From Chrysochromulina tobinii (Eukaryota): a DNA stretch of 42,513 nucleotides. Location of the stretch: contig JWZX01003017.1 in NCBI GenBank assembly GCA_001275005.1, positions 1-42,513 of the forward strand, given 5' to 3'. This document shows positions 9,871 through 18,810 of the stretch, in pieces; the first letter of the stretch is position 1; each line of letters begins with the position of its first letter. The notes beneath the pieces were generated by a model, which was given only the letters and a program-made list of their open reading frames with translations, had not been told where the DNA came from and did not search any database. The position numbers were made by a program, and so were the translations under genes.

Positions 9871-12106
9871 ATGCCACTCGCGGATCGTGACGCGGTCCTG
9901 AAAGCTGTGCAGCGGGACGGCTTGACGCTAAGCTTGACGCTAAATTTAGACGGAGCCAAACCGTTCAATGAAGACCGCGACATTGTGCTGGCGGCGGTGC
10001 AGCAGAACGGCTGGGCGCTCCAATACGTAGCCGAGCCGCTCAAGGCCGACCGCGGCATTGTGCTGGCGGCGGTGCAGCAGAACGGGAGAGCGCTCGAATA
10101 CGCAGCCGAGTCACTCAAGGCCGACCGCGACATTGTGCTGGCAGCGGTGCAGCAGAGCGGCTTCGCGCTCGAATACGCAGCCGAGTCACTCAAGGCCGAC
10201 CGCGACTTTGTGCTGGCAGCGGTGCAGCAGAGCGGCTTCGCGCTCCATTACGCAGCCGAGTCACTCAAGGCCGACCACGACTTTGTGCTGGCGGCGGTGC
10301 AGCAAAACGGGGAAGCGCTCGAATACGTAGCCGAGCCGCTCAAGGCCATCAAAGACATTGTGCTGGCGGCGGTGCAGCAGAACGGCTGGGCGCTCCGATA
10401 CGCAGCCGAGGGGTTCAAGGCCGACCGCGGCATTGTGCTGGAGGTATGCTGGAGGCGGTGCAGCAGAGCGGGAGAGCGCTCGAATACGCAGCCGAGGGGT
10501 TCAAGGCCGACCGCGGCATTGTGCTGGCGGCGGTGCAGCAGAGCGGGAGAGCGCTCGAATACGCAGCCGAGCGGCTCAAGGCCGACCGCGACTTTGTGCT
10601 GGCGGCGGTGCAGCAGAACGGGAGAGCGCTCGAATACGCAGCCGAGCGGCTCAAGGCCGACCGCGGCATTGTGCTGGCGGCGGTGCAGCAGAGCGGGAGA
10701 GCGCTCGAATACGCAGCCGGGGGTTCAAGGCCGACCGCGGCATTGTGCTGGCGGCGGTGCAGCAGGACGGGAGAGCGCTCGAATACGCAGCCGAGTCACT
10801 CAAGGCCGACCGCGACATTGTGCTGGCAGCGGTGCAGCAGTACGGCTTCGCGCTCGAATACGCAGCCGAGTCATTTAAGGCCGACCGCGACTTTGTGCTG
10901 GCAGCGGTGCAGCAGTACGGCTTCGCGCTCGAATACGCAGCCGAGTCATTTAAGGCCGACCGCGACTTTGTGCTGGCAGCGGTGCAGCAGAGCGGCTTCG
11001 CGCTCCATTACGCAGCCGAGTCACTCAAGGCCGACCGCGGCATTGTGCTGGCGGCGGTGCAGCAGAGCGGCTTCGCGCTCCATTACGCAGACGAGTCACT
11101 CAAGGCCGACCGCGACGTTGTGCTGGCGGCGGTGCAGCAGAACGGGGAAGCGCTCCAATACGCAGCCGAGCCGCTCAAGGCCGACCGCGGCATTGTGCTG
11201 GTGGCGATGCAGCAGAATGGCTTGGCGCTCCAATGCGTAACCGATTACGGCGAGATCGCTGCGGATATCGCGGCAGATAACATGGCAGCTCACATCGCCG
11301 CCGTGGCGGAGCTCGAGGCGGCAGCGTCTTCTCACGATCGCGATCTGACGCTTATTGCGCCAGCGCCTGAATCTGTGACTGAGCTCGAGTCGGCAGCTTC
11401 TGCGCAACCCTCGACCAGCCAGAGTTCTTCTGCTGATGAACATGACGGCGCACCCGTGCCACTAGCGCGTGTGGCGCCTCGAAGGACGCGCAGCTACACA
11501 CAGCAAGCCACCGAGCAGGCCAAGGCTGACAAAGGCGGAAACAAGGCGGATCCGATCATCTTTGGTGATTCGGACGACGAGACTAGCGCTGAGGTTAAGC
11601 ATGACATTGACAAGATCGACGAGGCGCGATACGCCGAGCTTCGACGGCACTACTGCGAGGCGTACGAGGAGCACGACGCACCAACACTGGCCGGCACGAG
11701 CGGTGCACGCCTGCGCCACAAGCGCAAGTGCCGTGCGCGCATTGAGAGCGATTCTGGCTACAAGGCGCTCCACAAGATGATCAAGCAGCTCGACCGCATC
11801 AGCAATCATGCAGAAGTGTATCGGCTACTGTCTCTGCTCTACGAATATGAGGTGCACTTGGCCCCGCGAGGGATAGCGCGCCCCGCGGCGCTTGGTGGGG
11901 GAGCACCGGCTGACGAGGTGGCCGAGGTGGTTGATCTGATTGGCGAGGAGAATGATATCATCAATGTGGACACTTACATTCTCGACGTGCTGCGTGACAA
12001 ACGAGACGAGCAGCAGGTCGGCGGTGCAGCAGGGCCGTCGTCGGCGGCCCCGCTCTCAGCTGGCGATGCCGATGGGGCGACGCGGGTGAAGCAAGAGCGG
12101 GAGTGA
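9871..12106 (+). pseudogene. DUF4116-repeat protein with two frame disruptions (pseudogene, assembly error, or rescued by splicing)
   Basis: 25-aa repeats DRDIVLAAVQQNGxALEYAAExLKA, typical of DUF4116, run across three frames. There is an 11-nt duplication near 10435-10456 and a 1-nt deletion near 10719. The unique C-terminus is open to TGA at 12106. Confidence 0.75.
9973..11240 (+). repeat. 75-bp tandem repeat array, about 17 units
   Basis: Units begin gaccgc(ga/gg)c at 75-bp spacing, shifted +11 and -1 at the two indels. Confidence 0.95.
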
Positions 12107-13197
12107 ATAGCCTTGATGCTTGAAGCCCACTGAGTAACCACTGGGACTCATATGCCAAGGATTTGATGATTAGAGACATGCCGAGTCGACTTGGGGGCCG
12201 AATCTCCTCTACATGTATCACTCCATTACAGCTGTGCCTGGTTCAAAAAGGCGGGCCGAGGGCGGGGCTGCAGGAGGCCGGAGCGCGGATGGCGGAGGGG
12301 ATTATTCTCATGATTGTGGGGAAGTGCTTCACCACAGTAACGGACTAAGGGCGACGCGCGCCTCGGAAGCGGCACACCTGGCTCAGCTGGGCGGTATGGG
12401 GTCTGCCCGAAGAAAACGTGGTGGACGTGAGTTTGCGGGTGGTAGCTCTTGTGGGAGGTGCGCATGGTGGCGCGTGGAATGATGTTAGGAATGATGATGC
12501 CCTCGGCTCTGCGTCGCGTGTGCCCGTGTGGCGAGTCGTTGTCACGGGCGTACAAATCGGCCGAAGTGGTTGACCTCGCCTCGGACGACGTCGACGAGGA
12601 TCGAGGTGCCTATGGACGTGGATGCAAACATTATCGACGGTGCTACTCATCAAAGTGGTGCAGTACAATCGACGTAGTAGACGGCTACGCGGCCGGCCGT
12701 CGTCAACGGTCGTCCGGCCGTGATCTGTGGGCACAGAGCCGTGTGGACATGGCTCGATGGCTGGGCTCGTATATGATAAGAATTTCGATGACGATGTGCG
12801 GTGAGAGTAAAGAATGAAATCGAGACGTACACTACGGCGGTACCGGGAATTCACCGCGATAGGTTCGTACATGTACAACGGTTCGGGTAGGAGCCAGCTC
12901 GCGCAGGCCGCAGCGGTGACCGGGGTATGGAACTAACACACACGGTACACGGTGGGTGTGGAGTTTTACTGCTGAGTTGGAAACGTCACGGTGGAGACGG
13001 TGTTTATCACGGTGTGCGCCGAGAGGCTGCCGCGCAGGAACCGAAATGAGACCACTTACCAGAGCCCCATGCGTGCTTGTAGAATCGTAGTCCTGGCTGC
13101 GCAGAGAGAGGCCGATTTAAGACCCACCACGCACCGCAAGGCGCGTCCGAGGAAAGGAGTACAAGTATGTAGCGGCTCTTGTGTGATCTGCACATCT

Positions 13198-13794
13198 TCA
13201 AGACACCTTGTCGTCCATCACCGTCACGGTCTTCGTCGTTGGGTCGAGAAATCGATGTCCGACGCGTGAAGCGACCCAAGAGAGCCACGAGAGTCCCCGG
13301 CGTGTACAGCCCTTCGGTACCCAGTGGGACTCGTCGTTGAAAGCCTCTATGAACCCCGGCTGCAGCTCCACTCCAAGCGCTCGACACGTGTCGTAGCAAA
13401 ATTGCCAGCAGTTGTTGCCAACGAATTGATATCCGCCGTCAACATACTTGTCCGCGCCAGCCAGCGCTTTCACCTTCTGACGTATGGCTGCGACTCTATC
13501 CTTATCATCGACGCCCTCGCCAAAGCCCTCCTTGACTTTGCCGACTTCTACTGTTTTCCAGTACTTCCAGTCGCCGTACAGAAACTTTTGGGGTCGCTCG
13601 TAAACAATGCCATAGTAGGTGACGCCGTGAGTAGACGAAGGCTCACTCGTGTTGGCATACGTCCACTCAAACTCGTCGCCTTCAATGTACAGGGACGTGT
13701 GCGTGGCGATCTTGAAGATGAACCGGTCCCCACTGTAGAGGTTCAGAAATACGCGCTTCTCGGGCGGTCCGGCTTCGGTGCTGGCCCTCGCCAT
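13198..13794 (-). CDS. PPPDE/DeSI-like (permuted papain fold) peptidase
   Basis: VFLNLY...THTSLYI...YQFVGNNCWQFC carries the catalytic His and NC motif in the PPPDE order. ATG at 13794. Confidence 0.7.
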   Translation of the reverse strand: MARASTEAGPPEKRVFLNLYSGDRFIFKIATHTSLYIEGDEFEWTYANTSEPSSTHGVTYYGIVYERPQKFLYGDWKYWKTVEVGKVKEGFGEGVDDKDRVAAIRQKVKALAGADKYVDGGYQFVGNNCWQFCYDTCRALGVELQPGFIEAFNDESHWVPKGCTRRGLSWLSWVASRVGHRFLDPTTKTVTVMDDKVS

Positions 13795-13862
13795 GGGAAT
13801 TCGGGCTCCGTGTGGAGTGAATTTTAAACATCGGCTGTGAAACGGCTGTGACTGCAAGTTAT

Positions 13863-13877
13863 GTCAAGTCAAGTCAA
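13863..13877. repeat. (GTCAA)n microsatellite upstream of PPPDE gene
   Basis: gtcaagtcaagtcaa; the same unit occurs at 18576-18603. Confidence 0.8.
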
Positions 13878-14277
13878 TTATAACAAATTTCTGTCAAGCA
13901 CAACGCGCACACTCCCCGGACACCCAAGCACGAGGGCCTCTATCGGAGCCGACGGCGCCTGTCTGTCCGCGCCCAGTCCCACATGACGCATCAGACATGA
14001 AGACATGAAGTGACAAGTCCCCCGCCCCGACGCGAGGTAACGCCCAGGGGCGCACACGGTCACGGTCACGCGCACGTTTAGTCTTTGAGACAGTCTTTGT
14101 GGATCGGTGTGTTCGGTTGTGACGTACCGAGCGGGAGACGCTTGTATAGTTCGGACCGAACGGCGCACGAGAGACGAGTACACGTAACGTGCTGCACACC
14201 GAAAGCACACGAATGCGATGCAATGCGGCTACCCGGACCGTAACGCCGCCGCATGGGCCGCCGCAGGCTCTGTGCAC

Positions 14278-16686
14278 TCAATCAGAGCAAGACAGGCACC
14301 AGAGGTCGTCCATCAGTTTGGCGTCCTCGTAGGTGGCACGCGCACCGCGGAAGAGCGCACGCATCAGGCAGGGGGGCCAACAGGGGGGGTTCATCAAATG
14401 CACGCCTCCAACATGCGCCAAAGACATGCCGTGCACCGACTCGAACACCCTCAGAAGCGCAGACTGGCCGCGAAGCCCGATGGCATTGTTCGACAAACTG
14501 ATCTTGCAGGAAGAGCTGCTCGCGGCGAGCGCTGACGCCAAGGCAAGAGCGCCTTCGTTGTGGATGCTGTTGTCCTGCACCGTGATCAGCTTGAGTTGCT
14601 TTGGCAGGCGGCCAGCTCCGATCTGGAGTGCTAGGGCCGTAGCCCCCTCGTCACCCAGCTGGCAGGCATCCAGCCAGACCACTTCAAGGTTGGCTGCCAC
14701 GCCACGAGCAAACGCGTTGCACAAAGCAACTACCCCGCGTGCACCGTAGTGGTTGCTGCCAAGCCCCAAAGTGACCTTCAGCTTGGGGAGCGCTGTGTCT
14801 TCCAATCCAGCGACGAGCTGCTCGAGGCCATCATCGGTCAGCCCAGTCCCCCGAAGGTCAATCTCTTTGACCTGAACGCAGTAGTTGAGTGCATCAGCGA
14901 GCTTCCTTGGAGAGCACCACACGTCGCCGCTCTCGCCCACGAGGGGTGGCTCCAGCGGCAAGCCGAGGTAGTCGAGTTTTTCGACTCCACACAGGACGGC
15001 GGTTGCAACCTTGTCATACAGCTCAAGGACGGCTTGCTTGTCCGCACCATTCGTAAAGTTGCGCTTCTCGAGCAACGTTGCCATGCACTTTGGCGTTGTT
15101 GGCAGTCGGCGCTGTGCACGACCAGCTTTATCTGACACGTCAATGACGAGGCCCCATTTGGCCATCTGCAGATTGAAGGACTTGGCAAGCTCGGCACTGC
15201 ACCGCTCGAACGTTGTCCACCCACGCGAGTCATACGTGCGCGAGGTATCGAAGCCCTTCGGAAGCTTGTGCGGCAGCATGGTCAGAAGCACAACAGTAGT
15301 GCCGGAATGGCCATACCACAAGTCCATGGTATGCTTAAGTCCCCGTCCAAACGCCGCCTTCTGGAGCTCATCACGGCTGTTGTCATACGCCGCGCGTTCG
15401 GCCACCAACCGTTTACCTTCCGTGCGAGAAGCGGCAAGCTCCTCGTCGCTCTGCTTCAGGAGCCGGACGTCATTCATCCAAGCCTTCCACAGTTTGGGGT
15501 CCTTCTGATAGAGTGATCCCCAGTCGAGGAAGACGCCCATATCCGCGTAGCCGTAGGCACGGCATGCAGCAAGGAGCCCCCGGCCGCCATTGAGCTCGCC
15601 GAGGCGTTTGATCAGCAGCTTGAGCTGCTCACCTTCAGCATCCGGATGCCATATGTCCAGCCAGCAGTAAGACACGGCAATTATGGGCAGCAGGCCGTCA
15701 ACGTTGTTTTTCTTTGCTGTGATGGATGCGAGAATTCGGTATATTCCCGTGAGGATGTTGCCGCTGCTCAGAAGCCCAATCTCTTGGTTCATTTTCGACT
15801 TGTCCGTCCCCCGTCCCCCACTCCTCTCCATCCCCTTGAGCTCCTCGACGCTCATGAATGCTTCTTCTGGCAAGTCTTGGCGCCGAGGAAGCACCCCGCC
15901 GTACGCTTGGTGCACAGTTGTGGTCGGATTAGCCAGGTCCATGAGCCAGGTGAGCCGCAAGAGCCTCACGTCGCCCGCCTGAACCAGCGCCCCACCCTCG
16001 AGTGCATCCCAGACGGCGTCGGGGGTGCGGAAGCGGGATGCAGCACTCTTCAAGCGCTCACTCGTTCGGAGAGCATGCCGGACTATGCTGCTGTTGGGCG
16101 CATCGCTGCCCACGCTCGGAGTCAAAGACTCCGCGATGCGATGAGGTGCTTCCATAGGTGCTTCCAGATCGTCAGTTGGTCTCCTAGCATCGGGAAGTTC
16201 TTTGTCTTTGAGATTGATCAACCCTAGTCTGCCACAGCTGAGCACATTCAAGAGCTCGAACGCCACGTGTGCCAGCGGATGTATGAAGAGGAGTCCGATG
16301 AAAAGATACAGGCTGAAGAATAGGCTAATGGGCAGCTCAACGAGCAGTGACATGGGTATAGCATACGGCAGACGGCGGCGGAAAAGGCATCCCCGAGGTG
16401 AGCCTCGACGCTTTCCAGATGTGAAGAGTCCTGTGGCGAAGAACGGCGCCAGGGTCATCCACGTATAGACGACAGCAAGGACGGAGCCCGGGCCGATGAG
16501 AAGCAGGCAGGCGCAAACAAGCTGAATAAGGTGCACGATTGCCGGCCAAAGCCGAGTAGTGCGAATAGTTGTGGAGGGTCTGCCGTGCTGATGTGTAGCC
16601 GCTGGAAGGTTGCATTTCAACTGGATGATTTCACGAAGGGAAGCAACATTAGCCGATGTCGGGTGCGGAGGTGTCTCTCCAAGCAT
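14278..16686 (-). CDS. Membrane-anchored HET-like domain protein with C-terminal RI-type leucine-rich repeats
   Basis: N-terminal hydrophobic helices. HET-like motifs AVSYCW..HPD, VFLDWGSLYQ, MDLWY, YDSRGWTTFE. LRRs such as IDLRGTGLTDDG, LGLGSNHYGARG, VWLDACQLGDEG, ISLSNNAIGLRG. Confidence 0.7.
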   Translation of the reverse strand: MLGETPPHPTSANVASLREIIQLKCNLPAATHQHGRPSTTIRTTRLWPAIVHLIQLVCACLLLIGPGSVLAVVYTWMTLAPFFATGLFTSGKRRGSPRGCLFRRRLPYAIPMSLLVELPISLFFSLYLFIGLLFIHPLAHVAFELLNVLSCGRLGLINLKDKELPDARRPTDDLEAPMEAPHRIAESLTPSVGSDAPNSSIVRHALRTSERLKSAASRFRTPDAVWDALEGGALVQAGDVRLLRLTWLMDLANPTTTVHQAYGGVLPRRQDLPEEAFMSVEELKGMERSGGRGTDKSKMNQEIGLLSSGNILTGIYRILASITAKKNNVDGLLPIIAVSYCWLDIWHPDAEGEQLKLLIKRLGELNGGRGLLAACRAYGYADMGVFLDWGSLYQKDPKLWKAWMNDVRLLKQSDEELAASRTEGKRLVAERAAYDNSRDELQKAAFGRGLKHTMDLWYGHSGTTVVLLTMLPHKLPKGFDTSRTYDSRGWTTFERCSAELAKSFNLQMAKWGLVIDVSDKAGRAQRRLPTTPKCMATLLEKRNFTNGADKQAVLELYDKVATAVLCGVEKLDYLGLPLEPPLVGESGDVWCSPRKLADALNYCVQVKEIDLRGTGLTDDGLEQLVAGLEDTALPKLKVTLGLGSNHYGARGVVALCNAFARGVAANLEVVWLDACQLGDEGATALALQIGAGRLPKQLKLITVQDNSIHNEGALALASALAASSSSCKISLSNNAIGLRGQSALLRVFESVHGMSLAHVGGVHLMNPPCWPPCLMRALFRGARATYEDAKLMDDLWCLSCSD

Positions 16687-16924
16687 CGTCGGGCTCTATG
16701 TGGCGTTGTTGCGCCGCTCGTCCCCTCCCCGCGCCCGCGCTGCACAATCCCTTCGTTCGCGGCACGTTGTTCATCAGATCTTGTGTGGGAATTTGGACTA
16801 TTGACGAAACCGACATGCTGCGTCCAACTCCAATGACAGCGCTGATCAGGATTATCGCACACCGGTCGACGCGCGTTTGCGGGTCTGGACCGGTACCGCT
16901 CTGAGCGCGGCGGGCTAACGAGTA

Positions 16925-18535
16925 CTATCGAAGCACCTTCCAGCACCCACGACCCGAGGCGATGCGAGCGCCGCCCAGGAGCGCACGAAGGCCCATGAAT
17001 ACAGCAAGCGCGGCCCAGATGGCACGAAGGCCTTGTGCCTGCAGGCCCACATGCATCAGCGCGAGCGCCGGAAGCGCCGAGCCGAGCATGATCCCCACAG
17101 CACCGGCCCAGTCACTGGCCCCAAAGAGCATCCCATCCACTGCGAAGGCGAGGGTGTACAGTGGCTGTGACCACGCCATGAGAGGCCACGTGGAGGCAGC
17201 TGCCGAGCGCACGGCCAGGTCGGTCGAGAAGGCGTTGGCAAGCGACGGACCCGTGAGGACAAGCGCGGAGGCCGTAGCCACCCCAAGCATGAGTCCGCTT
17301 ACCGTCATGGTGCGCAGGATGGCACGGGCGCGTCGGCGGCCGCCCTTGACGCTGGCGAGCGCGCTGGCGAGCAGTGATTGGCCCGCAATCGCCACCGCGT
17401 CGGCCAGCAGGCTCGACGCGAGGCAGATCTGCAGCAGGATCTGGTGTGCGGCGCCAGCGGCGGCGCCCAGCGTGGCGGCGCCCACGGAGCCATAGCTGAG
17501 GAGCACGGAGACGGAGAGGGTGCGCACGGTCAGCAGCGAGCCCGCCTTGAAGGCGCGCAGGCAGTCGGCGAGCGCCGGGCGCGGCAGGCCCCATACACGC
17601 CGTGTTGGGCGCGACAAGCCGAGGGAGCTTCTGGTCAGGCTGGCGCCGCCCGCCTCAAGGGCAAATGTCTCATCCTCGAGCGCCTCGCCGCATCGCTCCG
17701 CCAGCCGGCGCCACAGCAGCGCGGCGGCCGCGTACTGCGAGAGCGTCGTGGCAAGCGCGGCGCCAAAGACGCCCAGGCGCAACCCGACAATGAGGACAGG
17801 GTCGAGCACCAGATTAAGCGCCGTGGCGAGCGTCAGTGCGCCGAGCGGCGTCACGGTGTCGCGCGCGCCGCGGAACGCGCCCTGCAGAGCCATGAGAGCG
17901 AGCACGGCCGGTGCCGCGAGCGCGCGGCCGACGAGATAGCTCCGCGCGGATACGAGCGTCGCGGCCGACGGTCCGCTCGCCGCTAGCCCGAGGCCTCTGA
18001 GGAGGTGCCCGCCGGCCGCGACGAGCGCACACGCGATCACGGTGCCGATGACAATGGCGACCGCGAGCGCCGCTGCCGCCTGCCGTGACATCTCGGCCGT
18101 GAACGTGCCAGGGGCAGCATCCATCGAAGCCGCGGCGACCGCACTTGTGGTCGCCGAGTTGAGGAAGTTGAAGGTGCGAGCTATCAGGTTGAAGACGGAT
18201 ATGGCCACGCCGACGCCTGCCAGGTCGGCTGCAGAGCAGAAGCGGCCAATCATGGCCGTGTCGACGAGCGACGCGACGGGGTCCATTGCGAGGCCGACGA
18301 GTGCAGGCGCGCCGATAAGAAGCATCTCACGAGTCAGTGCCGCGCGCTCGCCAGAGTCGAGAGGCTCGTCAGAGTCCAGGAGCTCGTCGCGGTTCCTGTC
18401 TGCAATCGCCGCTATTGCTGGCGCGAAGTGCGGTGTACGGCTGCTGCTGTGTACGGCTGCCAGGTACCGCGGCTGCCATGCCAATGCAAGCGGCAGCACG
18501 AACATGGAGCACGTCAAGAGGCGCCACCGAAGCAT
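16925..18535 (-). CDS. MATE family transporter (DinF/plant DTX42-47-like), probably plastid-targeted
   Basis: PALVGLAMDPVASLVDTAMIG, GAFRGARDTVTPL, NLVLDPVLI, GAALATTLSQY, AAHQI, LAFAVDG plus many TM segments. First ATG at 18535 gives a signal peptide followed by a Ser/Ala-rich transit-like segment. Confidence 0.92.
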   Translation of the reverse strand: MLRWRLLTCSMFVLPLALAWQPRYLAAVHSSSRTPHFAPAIAAIADRNRDELLDSDEPLDSGERAALTREMLLIGAPALVGLAMDPVASLVDTAMIGRFCSAADLAGVGVAISVFNLIARTFNFLNSATTSAVAAASMDAAPGTFTAEMSRQAAAALAVAIVIGTVIACALVAAGGHLLRGLGLAASGPSAATLVSARSYLVGRALAAPAVLALMALQGAFRGARDTVTPLGALTLATALNLVLDPVLIVGLRLGVFGAALATTLSQYAAAALLWRRLAERCGEALEDETFALEAGGASLTRSSLGLSRPTRRVWGLPRPALADCLRAFKAGSLLTVRTLSVSVLLSYGSVGAATLGAAAGAAHQILLQICLASSLLADAVAIAGQSLLASALASVKGGRRRARAILRTMTVSGLMLGVATASALVLTGPSLANAFSTDLAVRSAAASTWPLMAWSQPLYTLAFAVDGMLFGASDWAGAVGIMLGSALPALALMHVGLQAQGLRAIWAALAVFMGLRALLGGARIASGRGCWKVLR

Positions 18536-18575
18536 CGTCGGCGATTGCTGCCTCGCACGAAAAGTCAATGAGACG

Positions 18576-18603
18576 AAGTCAAGTCAAGAGTCAAGTCAAG
18601 TCA
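18576..18603. repeat. (AAGTC)n microsatellite in the MATE/IPK divergent intergenic region
   Basis: aagtcaagtcaagagtcaagtcaagtca. Confidence 0.8.
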
Positions 18604-18810
18604 TTGGTCTATTTTCCACGAAACATGCCCCACGACAACCTCATGTACTGTACTGTGCGTTGCGCGCGCGCACCAGGCGCGGCGGTTGCAGCCTCGAAGC
18701 CGAACAAAACATCCGAGATTGCATTGTGCAATTTCCGACGGCCTCACAAATTGCACCCACCCTCCCTCCGATCGGCTTCTTGTGCACAAAAGCAGCCTCT
18801 CCATTCCATA

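Noticed and set aside
9973..11240. CRISPR array or DGR interpretation of the 75-bp repeats (AAC to AGC/GAC/TAC changes)
   Set aside because: Units are contiguous and coding with no unique spacers; no cas or reverse transcriptase gene or template repeat is present; other variable codons are not adenine-specific.
12449..12817. 122-aa ORF as an independent gene
   Set aside because: Short, with no domain beyond one SIM-like motif; mentioned only as a possible relic.
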